Positions 1 to 11,905 of a stretch of 64,000 nt of DNA are shown one piece after another. How positions within the stretch are numbered: position 1 is the stretch's first letter; every line of letters starts with the position of its first letter. Made by a program: the position numbers and the translations under genes. Below the pieces are notes generated by a model. That model ran no database searches. It saw nothing but the letters and a program-made list of their open reading frames with translations, and had not been told where the DNA came from. Source of the DNA: Vicugna vicugna (Eukaryota); assembly GCA_013265495.1 (NCBI GenBank), contig MU058221.1, positions 3,908,001 through 3,972,000 of the forward strand, given 5' to 3'.

Positions 1-83
1 TGTGTTTACCCCTTCCTCATTTGCTGGACACTCAGATTGTTTTTACTTGGGGGCTTTTATGAATAATGCTGCTATAAACATGT
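1..83 (-). mobile_element. old L1 (L1M-type) fragment, ORF2 end/3' region
   Basis: ggacactcagattgtttttacttgggggcttttatgaataatgctgctataaacat resembles the antisense L1M motif ggacatttgggttgtttccagtttggggctattatgaataatgctgctatgaacat. Confidence 0.6.
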
Positions 84-530
84 AGTTAATATTTGAATAG
101 AAACCCTATAAGTTGTTTTATAGGTAGAAAGACAGAACCATGAATAAATAGCTCTAAATTTTATTCTAACATGGCCCATTTTATTAACTACTTCTTGTCT
201 TATTTTTCTTTTCATTCATCAAAATCTGTTCAGGCTACACACTCCAGTTAATTTTCATCGTGTTATTTCAGCCAGGTGGCATTGCGTGGGTGCAACCCCA
301 CATTCCTTTTAAATCCTCTTTAATCATCTCAATTAAAAATGTTTAATTATTTCTTCCTTCATTACCTTGTGAAACTTCTTTGTCTCTCCTTGGCCCTTGT
401 TATATGCTGCTTGAGAATGCAGGTACCCACCCACCCAGTTCCATGTCGTGTAGGTAAGCATGGCGGGGTCTCTTGTTTTAGCTGAAGGGGAGAAAATGAG
501 CCTTTGACACAACAGCAAAGGAAGCAGAAG

Positions 531-780
531 AGGCTGATGCTTACGGAGCCCTTAAGTGTGCCCGGCATGGTGGTAAGCCCTTTACACGTAGCATCGTATT
601 GAATCTTGGCAGCAACCTGATGAAGCAGGCTGTCACACTCTCTACCTCTTTTATGCTTGAGAAAGCTCCCGAGCAGAGAGGGGAAGTTACTTCTCCAACA
701 CAGCGGAAGTGACAGGAGGTGGAGCCAGGGCTCCGAGATAGGCTGTTTGAACTAAGAACCTCTCAGTTAACCACCGTCCT
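531..780 (-). mobile_element. MIR SINE
   Basis: Colinear with the reverse-complement MIR consensus: tgtgcccggcatggtggtaagccctttacac...ttttatgcttgagaaagct...agaggggaagttactt...ttaaccac. Confidence 0.75.
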
Positions 781-1399
781 CCCGGGCTCCCAAGGACAAC
801 ATCCCAAACACATAAAAAAATACAAAAATGCAAAATGCTATGTGGTAACAACAACGCTAAGTACACAACAGAGCAAACAGCACACCCGAATATATGGCAT
901 AAATCCAAACTATAATATCAACGTTGGTGTCCAGAGTTGTTCAAATCATTAAAAAGACTCTCCAGTTTTTTAAAAATCAGTTTTCTTAGGGACGATCAGG
1001 AGGGGATGCTTAATACATGTTCCGTATTGAAGCTCTGTCAAAGACCTCGCTGTTGCATTTTTATTTGTGCAAGCTCATTTAAATCAAAAGCCTGCATTGC
1101 ATAAATGTTAGTCTTCCATTTGAGAAATCATTGAAAGCACAAAAGTGAGGCCATAAAAATTAGAAGCAAAATATTTGCATAGTGAGCATCGGAATGAGGC
1201 TCAATTTCAAGTATCTCTACCTCCAAAGATATAAAAGATCGCACCCTTTTTGACCCTGCTTATCAAAAGATGCTGCTCAGTAGCTTTCTGCTATCCCAGT
1301 TCATCGACGTACGTCTATTACTGGCTCGACAGAGAAGCGAGAAGGTGGAGTAGAGAAGCGGATGGGTTAGAAAAGTTAAAATGGGAGCTATTTTAAAAC

Positions 1400-1545
1400 T
1401 ATGCAGATATTACATTTAGATAATGTATATTTTATAAATACTTGCATAATATATACTTGCGTGTGTGTGTATATACTTTATATATATGTTATTTACATAA
1501 ACATCATATACATTTTATATATATGTTATTTAACAATATAGAATT
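1400..1545. repeat. AT-rich low-complexity / degenerate (TA)n(TG)n tract
   Basis: Repeated tatatatatgttattta units and a short (TG)n run. Confidence 0.7.
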
Positions 1546-1779
1546 TAAAAGAAAATTTAAATAAGTTAGAAACTATAACTACCTTCTAAATGTCAAGAAT
1601 CTTGGAATAAACAGGTGAAACATGCCTTTAAGTAAACAGCTGAATGTGGCCTTTTGCCACAACACCCAGACATTCATTTTGATCTTTGAGGTTGAAGCCA
1701 AAATGTCACTTCATAAGCTCGTGACTGTTAAGGGAAGTCCTTTTATTGACTGCCCCGGGTTGAACTGAGCTGTCATTTC

Positions 1780-1940
1780 TCTGTGCTTCTACTGACCTCA
1801 TATTCTCCTAATTACATAATATCTATCCAAATGAATTTTGTCTCCCTGCTAAGTGTGAAACCACTCAGGGTAAGAAAGGGGCCTCATTAATCCCTCTATA
1901 TTCTATGCACGTGAGTAAGGTGCTCAACAATGTATGATAA
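1780..1940 (+). mobile_element. L2 3' end fragment
   Basis: tgtctccctgctaagtgtgaaaccactcagggtaagaa...gtaaggtgctcaacaatgtatg resembles the L2 3' terminus. Confidence 0.5.
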
Positions 1941-2159
1941 AGTATATTCAAGGATATATACATCACAATATTTCCACACCTTATGTAAGATTACAGCGTT
2001 GCTCTAACTGTTACCAGTTTCTCTGAGATTCTGATGCATTGGTCGTATATCTTACCCTTTACCTGCAATATAGTATGTTACCTCGTGTTTTTCATCAAAG
2101 CATCTGTGTCTTCAAGCTTCTGTAGATCGCTGAGCATCTCTGAAATTCGTTGGAGGTGA

Positions 2160-2450
2160 TAGTAGGTGTTGGCGGGTATCCTTTGGGAAAATACTTTGAG
2201 GCTGTAAGCGCTGATTGAAAGTCAAGATGGAGTGAGTGCGCTGGAGGAGGTGAGAGAAAATTGAAAGCCACCAGAGGAGCTAGGGAATTATTACTGTAGC
2301 TTAAGTGAGAGAAGATGAATTAGCAACAGAAAGTGGTTTCGCATCAGTGAGTGAAAAATGACACGGAGCAAGAGCGTGGTACATGAGCGAGGAAGAGCGA
2401 AGGAGGAATCTAGACTGACGGCTACATTGTTAGCCAAGTTGAAAAAATGG
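2160..2450 (-). mobile_element. L2 fragment
   Basis: Purine-rich antisense L2-like text (ttactgtagcttaagtgagagaagatga...ggaggaatctagactgac). Confidence 0.45.
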
Positions 2451-4444
2451 GCTGTTTATTACAAGATGTTTTATTGTTAAATCTCTCCAGTAATGATTTA
2501 TCCTTGGCAACTCTTAGAGAATATTTGATGTTTCTGAAGACTTTCTCTTTCATGCCTCAAGATTCCAGATATGTTTTCCTTGGTAGCATCCATCATCAGG
2601 TGAGGGCTGAAGTGTTACAGAGGTCAACTTTTCCTTTGCTGTGTCTGGGACGATGTAAATAGGCTTTTTAAAAATTTTAAATATTGGTTTAATAATGACC
2701 TTGTAGTAAACAGCTGTTATATTAACTTTCTGAGCTCATTTGAGCCAGCATTCAGTTTGTACTCTAACATTTTCTGTGAAAATACATTGATCTGAGCTTT
2801 ATAAAATGGTGATGTATGTCAAGTCATTGAGTAGCTACAAAATTTTTGATTTTGAAAAAAGAATTTTATAAACATGCTACATTTAGAGAATGATACTATT
2901 CCAGCGGGATGTTGGCCAGCATGATGGTTGATGAGATCATATGATGTTAGCATGACTGATATAAAGACTCTCCCCAAAAAACTAATTTTTACCTTCTTTG
3001 GGGGAAATTGAACTATCTTTTATAGATAGAGTCCAATAAGATCGTAGATCTTAATTTAGAATTTTGCCATCTGTTCTTTAGTTTTACTCTTATACCTTAG
3101 AAGATGGATAATTCAGTTTGTTCCAAACAACATGAGATTCATGCTCTTACGTTGGAACATGCCTGGCTTAAGAGTTCTAATTCCAGACCCCAGTTCTGAA
3201 ATGTCAGCTTCAAGTGGATGAATTTCTGCTCGTTATTCTGTTTTTTAATGGGAGTACATCCGCTATGGGAAATATAGGAGTATGAACATTTAATATAAAG
3301 GTTTCTATCGAGCCGTTTATCTCCTCATGTACATTTTTTAAAATCCTGGCCCCATGCATCTCTAATACACACAGAAAGCCTTATTGAGTAGGAACATCTA
3401 TTTTGCAGAATGATAAACATAAAAGTTTATTTCACATTTTCCAGACACAGTTTCCCATCAATTAAAAAATGGTGATTAGAAAAAAGTGGCCATATTTGGA
3501 TTGGAGCAACTTGATAAATAAAAGAACTAACTACATCCTATTTTCTTCTTCCATAGTGACGACTGTTTCGGCATTTATATGTATAGAATGATGGCATAAT
3601 CGATCAAAACGCCTTTCCAAATATCTTTGTAGAATGGAAAGCTCCTTTTTTTTTTTTTTTTTGTTTTTCACAAGACAGGATGTAATAGAGAATCAGAATT
3701 GTGGTGTGCCTGAGGGTTTTCGTAAGAACTAGCTACATTCGTTCTCCAAGCAAAAATTTCCCCTGTGTCTCAAAAAATGTATCACAAAAGAGTGGAGATG
3801 GGATGAGAGTCATCCCAAAAGGCCACTGAGTGGAAGTGCAGATTTAGCACTGAGCAAGCATTCTTGGTCAGCACCGCATTTTTACAATTGGTGTCATCAC
3901 ACAACTGCACTATGTTACTGTCTGGCGTCACTAATGACCTACGCAAAACCAGACTTTCTTCCAGTCTTGATTAATGGATTTATTTACTTATTTATTTTTC
4001 AAAAATAAGACACTTTCCTGTATTAAATGAGCTCCCTGGGTGACAGGTCTTCTTTCTGGATTCCGTAAACCTCTAGTTCCTTATGTAACTTATTGTAACA
4101 TTATATTTTTGATATTTAAAACACCCTATTAATTTTAATATGCTGAGTTCAAAATTAGAGTAATTTTCTTCTCCGTTCTCCCCTGAGCACTTCCTAAACA
4201 TTCCTGAAGCTTTCTGAGCCCAACATAGTTCTGCTACCTTGTATCTCCTAGGTGATTTATTATATTATTTGTATTTGATACAAACCCTTAATTTGACTTG
4301 TAATATCTCACCTTGTTGCATTAAACAGTTATTTATGTACATTTTATTATTTCTCCTGCCATTGTTGCACTTCACTTTTTTCTGAGTTGATTAGAAATTT
4401 AGTCTTGAATGTTATCTCCACTATGTTTTTTTATCACTTACTTG

Positions 4445-4540
4445 ATGTGTGTGTATATATATATATACACATACACACACACATATCATATATAAAATAT
4501 ATAGAGTCAATGTATACCATATTGACCCTATATATATAAA
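4445..4540. repeat. compound (TG)n(TA)n(CA)n microsatellite with an internal inverted repeat
   Basis: tgtgtgtgtatatatatatatacacatacacacac...tatagagtcaatgtataccatattgaccctatatatata. Confidence 0.8.
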
Positions 4541-5665
4541 TGTCACTTTATATGCTGATTAATTGTAAAACAAGACTTAGACTTCTTGTTTCTTTACACT
4601 CTGTTCTTTTTTAACTTATAAGCTTTGCAAGAAAAGGCTACCAATTACAGTTTAAATCTTAAAATGAAAGTCAAGAGGTGGGATGTGAACAATACCATTT
4701 GCTGTACTGAATTTTGAGGACTTAGAGAATGACGTTTATCTAAATGAGAGAGTTTCATTAACATTTTTAAAAACCTAATTCCCATAAACAAAGAGAAATA
4801 AGTTATAAAGTTCACAGGCAATAATCGAAGTGTGCCTTCTGAAAGATTCGCTCTTGAAGCTGGTACGTCAGGAGCTGTTCTGCTCTCCCAGTTGCTCCAA
4901 GGCCACATGAACCTTGAACTTTTTGTGGAGAGGATTCTTTATTATTTGGACTTTAGGTTTGCTTTGCTTCAGTTCTCTCTGCTTTATACAGCCTCTCCAA
5001 TCAGGAACTCAGCAGACTGCAAGAAAAAAAAATTTTTTTTTAAATTAGAATCCCAAAGCATCAAGAAAGACAGCTCTGTTGGACCAGTTGTACCATATTT
5101 TGTCTCCTTTTCTATAGAACTATGCCTGGGAAATGGAATCCGTCATTTTTCTTTGCATTGTATTGCATGGGCTGTTGGAAAAAGAATCTCTTAAAAAGAG
5201 GATAGATGTAAGCAAATTACCCAAGAAGAGTTTGTGTCTAGAAGGAAAAAGGGTGAGCCTGGTAGGACAAATGCCTGCCATCCGTAAAACAAGTACTAGT
5301 TTTACAAAGGACGACTCCCTTTTATTTTCTTTTAACTAAGTTTTGTTGTATTGATTTTTGACTGTGATCCTAAAATTTTAATCTCACTCCCAATTGTGAT
5401 TTTCCCTTCATCTATTGAACCCATCAGATATTCTTAGTTATACCATATTGACCCTCAAGATTTCCCTAAATATAAGTTTAGGTCAGTTTTACTACTTTTT
5501 CAACTCTGTTATTTAGGACTCATTTTTTTTGACTCTCATATTCAAATCTTGCCATTAGCCTCCTTGTCCAGTAATACATATATAATTCATACTTTATGTA
5601 AAAACTCATTTCAATTCTCAGTGAAAGGTTATAGAAATTTTCCATGAGCAGAAAAGGTTACCCAC

Positions 5666-6406
5666 TTTAAAACAAGAAGAAAACCTACGGAATGGGAGAA
5701 AATTTTTGCAAGTGAAACCGACAAAGGCTTGATCTCCAAAATATATAAGCAGCTCATACGACTCAATAAGGAAAAAATAAACAACCCAATCCAAAAATGG
5801 GCAGAAGACCTAAACAAGCAACTCGCCAAGGAAGACATACAAATGATCAAAAAGCACATGAAAAAATGTTCAATATCACTAATTATCAGAGAAATGCAAA
5901 TCAAAACTACAATGAGGTATCACCTCACACCAGTCAGAATGGCCGTCATTCAAAAATCCAAAAATGACAAATGCTGGAGAGGCTGTGGAGAAAGGGGAAC
6001 CCTCCTACACTGCTGGTGGGAATGCAGTTTGGTGCAGCCACTATGGAAAACAGTGTGGAGATTCCTCAAAAGACTAGGAATAGACTTACCATATGACCCA
6101 GGAATCCCACTCCTGGGCTTGTATCCAGAAGGAAATCTACTTCAGGATGACACCTGCACCCCAATGTTCATAGCAGCACTATTTACAATAGCCAAAACAT
6201 GGAAACAGCCTAAATGTCCATCAACAGGTGACTGGATAAAGAAGATGTGGTATATTTATACAATGGAATACTACTCAGCCATAAAAACCGACAACATAAT
6301 GCCATTTGCAGCAACATGGATGATCCTAGAGAATGTCATTCTAAGTGAAGTAAGCCAGAAAGAGAAAGAAAAATACCATATGAGATCGCTCATATGTGGA
6401 ATCTAA
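5666..6406 (+). pseudogene. L1 ORF2p C-terminal fragment (Cys-rich/zinc-knuckle region); uninterrupted but lacks EN, RT and a true start
   Basis: Reads [15 protein letters not shown]...[18 protein letters not shown]...[13 protein letters not shown]...[18 protein letters not shown]...SLICGI*, the hallmark end of L1 ORF2. Confidence 0.93.
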
Positions 6407-6731
6407 AAAACAAAAACAAACAAAAACAAAGCATAAATATAGGACAGAAATAGACTCATGGACAGAGAATACAGACTTGTGGTTACCGGGGGGACAGGGG
6501 GGTAGAGGGTGGGAAGGGATAGACTGGGATTTCAAAATTGTAGAATAGATAAACAAGATTACACTGTATAGCACAGGGAAATATACACAAAATGTTATGA
6601 TAAATCACAGAGAAAAAAATGTGACAATGAGTGTGTATATGTCCATGAATGACTGAAAAATTGTGCTGAACACTGGAATTTGACACAACACTGTAAAATG
6701 ATTATGAATCAATAAAAAATGTAAAAAAAAA
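5666..6731 (+). mobile_element. young 5'-truncated camelid-type LINE-1 (~1.07 kb) with poly(A) and 14-bp TSD
   Basis: TSD aaaaggttacccac at 5652-5665 and 6732-6745; open ORF2 C-terminus; G-rich 3'UTR; aataaa before the A-tail. Confidence 0.95.
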
Positions 6732-6749
6732 AAAAGGTTACCCACAAAA

Positions 6750-8895
6750 TGTTCTTCCAAATTTCAGTTATGGAAAAATAAATTGGGCGTACTTTTCTCC
6801 ATTACTTACAACATAGAACTGAAAACCCCTGGATATTATAAATGAAATGGACTTGAGAATATTAAAAATAGAAAGAAGCTGAAAAATCTGTTAGGAAACT
6901 TGATTCTTGGGCAGGACATGGTGGTGAGTTCCCAGTTAGGATACTGGAAAATCCAGCAACCCAGAAAGCTGTCCAACAAAGGTTGAGCGGGGGTCCTAGA
7001 CTTGTGCGCTCACCAGGCTGTGCGAGGTATCTCGAACCCCCCAGCAAAGAGGTGGTGTTAAAGAAAGCTGAATGAGGAGAGTAAACTTTGTTCCAAACTC
7101 AGCAAGACACCCTCCACCCTGACATGCCAGTGGAGACCAGGTGGGGAACTCAGACTTCAGCCCCTAAGTAACAGGATGTTACTTACAACCCCTTACTCCC
7201 CTCGCTGGGGTTGCTTCAGGCAAAGCCTCGTAAGATGCCATGATTTTTCCAGCTACTCAGTGGTAGGGACACCCTTTCCTTGCAGTGTCGGTGGAAGCCA
7301 AGTAAGGAGCAATAACAAGGTGCCCTTTCCCCTCCCAGCCACGGAGGTATGGCTCAGCAGGGAGCCTAAATTCCCACTCTCATCCAGCAGTGACAAGGAC
7401 TTCCTCCCTCTCCCAGGTGTCAATGAACGTCAAGGGGGAGAACTTGGAATTTTTCTCCCACAGGACGGTAAATGGGGAGCATCTCCTTCTCCTGCAGTAG
7501 TAATGTCTGGATAGCTAAAGCACAGAATTGAATGAAGATCCAGAGTTTCCTAACATAATACCTAAAACATCTAGATTTTAATTACAAGTCATTCATCATA
7601 CAAAGAACAGTGACGTTCTCAACTTGAATGAGAAAAGACAATCAACAGAAGGTAACACCAAGGGTACAGAGATGCTGGAATTGTCTGACAAGGGTTTAAA
7701 GGAGCGTTATACAAATATTTTAGTGAGCAATTGCAGTATATTTAAAACAAGCGATAAAGAATTGAAAAGTTTCAGCAAATCAATAGGAGATAAAAAAGAA
7801 GACACAGAGAGCTTAGAACTAAGAAAGCCCAAACCAAACTGAAACAAAAACACAAAACTCCATGAATCCTTCCACAGGGGAATGGAGAGCGCAGAAGGAA
7901 ATATCAGTGACACTGAAGACAGAGGAACAGAAATTAACCAACCTTGAAAAAAGGGAGAAAAAATGGTAGAGCGTGTGCTTAACATGCACGACCTCCTGGA
8001 CGGAATCTGCAGTCCCTCCTCTAAGAATAAATAAGTAAATAAACCTAGTTACCCTACCCCAAAAAGCAACTTTAAAAAAGAAAAAGAAAAGAAAAGAAAA
8101 AGGGAGAAATAGACTCAGAAAAAATGGGGAGAGTTTCAGAGACATGTTGAATTTTACTATGACAAAGATTAAACATTTATGTCATTGGGATCTCAGAAGG
8201 AGAAGTGTCACCAAAAAGTAATCCAAAAAATTAATAGTGAATATGTCCCCAATTTAGCAAAGCCATAAAACTATAGATGCAAGAAAGTGAGTGAACCCCA
8301 GTTTAGATACTTGAAAAAAAAACATGCCAAGACACAAGAGAGTTAAGTTTGAGAAAATTGGAGACAATGATAAAATCCCGAAAGCAGTGAGAAAGAGCCA
8401 GCCCATTACCTATAGGAAAACAACAGTTCAGATGACAAATATCTCAAAAGAAACTACAGAAGCTGGAATAAAATGGCATCTATTTTAAGTGATGAAAAAC
8501 TGCCCGTGCAGAATTTCATCCTGAATGAATGTCCATTCAGGACAGAAATTAAGACTGTGATTTTTGGCCAAAAGATAGATATGTGGTCAGTGTAAGAGAG
8601 TAGAGAACTCAGAAATAGAACCAAACAAATACGTCCAATTTATTTTGGGTAAAGATACAGAAGAAATTAAATGGAAAAGGGATGGCTTTTTGAACAAATG
8701 AGGCTGGATTATTGTACATCTGTAAAGCAAAAAAATAAATTAATCAAGATATGTCTCACAAAATAGATCATGAATTTATGTGTAAAATATAAAACTATAA
8801 AACTTTTAGAAAAACATGAGACAAACCTCAGGATGTAGGGCTAAAGAGTTTTACATTTGACACTAAAAACACAGTCCATAAATGGTAAGCTTAAT
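6750..8895 (+). mobile_element. old L1M element: 5' region, ORF1 remnant and a piece of ORF2, internally deleted
   Basis: ORF1-like NEKRQSTEGNTKGTEMLELSDK at 7624+; ORF1 motifs gatgcaagaaagtgagtgaacccc and cccattacctatagg; ORF2 motifs gagagtagagaactcagaaatagaacc and ttttgaacaaatgaggctgg at 8550-8890. Confidence 0.7.
7961..8096 (+). mobile_element. Vic-1-like camelid tRNA-derived SINE, 5'-truncated, inserted in the old L1
   Basis: tggtagagcgtgtgcttaacatgcacga...aaataaacctagttacc plus A-rich tail; TSD aaaaagggagaaa at 7948-7960 and 8097-8109. Confidence 0.8.
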
Positions 8896-10238
8896 AAACA
8901 AAATGGCCAGGAAAATCGTTGCCGATAAAAAGAAAGTGGTAACTCTGGAGGGCAGAGTTCATCACACCAAAATTTCTGATGTCTTATGAAGGATAACGAT
9001 CATTTGTGGGAAAAAAATATATATACATACGTACAGGAATTTTTCTCAAACACAAGAAGATACGTGTTTTTATTAGCATCCTAAAAAAAATGTAGTTTTT
9101 TTTTCTTCCCTAAGAAAATTAACAAAAGACTAGAATAGAAATATATTCTTTCTAATTAAGTGAATAACCACTTACTTATAAGAAAAATGTTAACTAAAAA
9201 GGAAAGAAATTCAGGGTAGTTTTTGATTCATCTTCTATACAAATAATTCACAGCAAAGAGTAACTTTCAAGAGTTCAAGTCCCAAAATAAATCTTACCAA
9301 TTTATTGTTTTTCATAAAGTAAACAGTCATACAATAACAGCAATGCGAAAGATTGTGAAATGTATTACTCTCCCTGCTCCCACAGAGTGTAAATTAAAAA
9401 AAAAAAAAGAAACAAAGGGATCAGCAAGTTGTGAAGCTTTGTGTGAAATCATCAACACAGCACATTTAGAACAGCTAAAGATAGGCTCAGTTTAAATCGT
9501 GATGTCAGCGTGGGGCTTTGTTTAAAAAATAATTTATTCAGCTATCACAAAAATGCAGTAAGATATCTAATTTCAAAAATAACTAGATTGACAATAATAG
9601 ACAAAGCCAAAATCCCAGAATAAATAGATTAACAAAAATAACAGAGAGAAAACATAAATTATGGATATGTAGACAGTCAATAATTTATCTTTTATATTCA
9701 GTGTCCATGCGCAGTATTACGTTAGTGAAACTGGCCATTTTAGAAAGACAGATTTGAATGTATCACCAGAGTCATAAACGAGCTATATAAACATAAACAT
9801 ATAGATTTAAGTATATTATGTAAAGCTCTAGACATTGGTGTCACGACCTAAAGGCAAAATACCTTCCAAATTAATGAACATGGAAAAAAAATCTAAACAA
9901 ACTCTGACTATATCACAGATACAGAAAATACAGAAACTGTGGAAGATTACGAGAACATGGGAAAATGAAATAGACATTTATAACTTTAAACAGAAAAATG
10001 CGACTGTTCAACAAACAAAAATCTCAGCATTAACTTAAAGATCATAAATATAAAGCAGAGTTGTCCTGAGCAAACCAACCATAACATTTAAAGAACAGGA
10101 AATATCACATTTCCACAATTGAACATGAGTGGATGCCTCTCTTTCTCGATTCTCCTGTTACTCTTTCCGAATTTATTATCCTGGCATGAATGCTATAGAA
10201 CGTGTTCAAGCTTTTCTAAATGCCAAGAATGGTAAGAA

Positions 10239-10777
10239 TGCAATTGAGCAAGGGTTGGTGTGGCCTCAGCAGAGAATTCCAAACTCTGCCAGTGGATGTT
10301 TGCAACAAAGCAAGGATTTTTTTGCAGGGTGCCAAGCAGGGCAGTGGAGACAAGTCTCAGGTCCACACGAACTTGATCTTTGACTTAGGTTTTTTTTAAA
10401 GGGTGAAAAACAAAGAGGCTGGGTTTACTCCTATCATCTGTGGCATTTCTGTGACATTTCTTATAGTTTTGGAAGCCAGGGTGTCTCTGATTTACAATTC
10501 TCAGGCCAGGTGGTCCAAGACTCAGGGGTCTGTTAGCTCATCTTGCCTGGGAGAAACAACCTGCGTTGGTACGTTAATGATGATGTTTGTAATAGCAATT
10601 TTAGTGCATTAATGATGTTATCAACAACAGCATGTTTAGTCATCTGATTCTGATTGGTTAGTGTTCAGTTAGCGCAGGATTGCGATCAGAGGGGACAAGA
10701 AAGGAAATAAAGTTTTGGATAGAAGGATTACTCATACACTCAGTAAGGGGACTAGATTTTAGAGGACCTTGGTTTCA
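10239..10777 (-). mobile_element. ERV1-type solo LTR
   Basis: TG...CA termini (tgcaattgagcaaggg...ggtttca); flanks agaa/agat; antisense U5-like gcagggtgccaagcagg; ctgattgg (CCAAT) inside. Confidence 0.65.
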
Positions 10778-11030
10778 AGATGTTTATTCAGGAAGTAGAT
10801 CCCAATGGTAATCAACAGACTCTGAGAAGTGTCCAAAACACCCTAGAAGGCGCTCATAATCAAAGTTGGTAGACAGGACATTGCCTAAGTCAAGTGTCAC
10901 ACCATGGCCATCATGTGGGCCATGACCTAACTGGAAGACCAGGTTAGGTTGGGCTGTTGGGTTTTTGGAAGATTTGATGCCATGGTACCATGTAGGTCAT
11001 CTCCAGTTCTTCCCTAATGACTACCCAAAG

Positions 11031-11516
11031 TGTTACTGAGTCCAAACTGATCCTGCTCATTGCACTGTAGGCCATTAAATCGGGAGATGAGGTGTTCGGG
11101 CAAGAAATTACAACTCTATTCAGAAAGCCAGCAGACTGAGAAGATGGGGGACTGATGCCTCAGAGAACCATCTTACCCAAGTGAAAAGACTAAAAAGGGT
11201 AGGGGATGTGGTTGGTTGTTGCAAACTTCTTGGTGTTCAAATTCCTTGTTACAAGGTCATGATGTCCTGGTAAACCTCCAACAAGACAAATGTTATTCTC
11301 TGTTATGCAACATTTTATCTCTATTTGAATGGAAAAGGGTTATATCCTTAAAGGTCAGAGCCTTGAGAATGGGCTGTCCTGTATATTTCAGGCTATCGAT
11401 AACATACTTTTGCAAAAGGCGCAGAAGCAGCGTGACTCAGCACAGGAAGCAGAGCGCGGGGTTAGAGGCAAAGGAGCAGATCTAACATGGAGTCAGGTTC
11501 GTTCTCCCCTGAAACA
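11031..11516 (-). mobile_element. ERV1 solo LTR, cetartiodactyl MER41-like
   Basis: Starts tgttactgagtccaa; internal gaaagccagcagactgagaagatgg, aaacctccaacaagacaaatgttattctctg and aaaggtcagagccttgagaatgggct; ends gaaaca; flanks aaag/agag. Confidence 0.75.
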
Positions 11517-11757
11517 AGAGCTATAGGCAGTGGCATCGTGCAGCTAGGACACTAACACCGAGATCGAGGGGCTCACTGCTGCAATCCCTGAGGGAAAGAG
11601 CGTAACGTATTTATAAGATTACAGATGCAAGTGTGGGCTCGATCGGACCAAGAGAAAAAACCTGAATTCAGTGTTACGTATGAATGACTTCAGTCCCTGT
11701 ATAAGGGCATGCATGGCAGCCACGGCATAAGCTTACTTTTAAGGAAAAATTCCCAAA

Positions 11758-11905
11758 TAGGGGTTCTTTATCATTTTTTATTTCGTAGACCCTTCCAGCA
11801 GTCTGGTAAAACCTATGGACCCTTATATATTATAATGTATTTTAAATGTTTCCAATTAAATACCTAGGATTTTAAAGGAAACAAATTATATTAAAATATA
11901 TTTTA
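11758..11905 (+). mobile_element. hAT-Charlie-type MER DNA transposon remnant
   Basis: taggggttctt...gacccttccagcagtctggtaaaacctatggaccc...aggattttaaaggaaacaaattatatt. Confidence 0.55.

Noticed and set aside
4830..5030. Minus-strand exon after a strong ttttttttcttgcag acceptor (5017-5018)
   Set aside because: All three frames stop within ~35 nt and I saw no convincing donor; a non-coding exon cannot be supported without RNA data.
6483..6686. Paralogous small-protein family (MSNSSVQHNFSVIH..., also at 37910-38098 and 54386-54793)
   Set aside because: These are antisense translations of the same L1 3'UTR.
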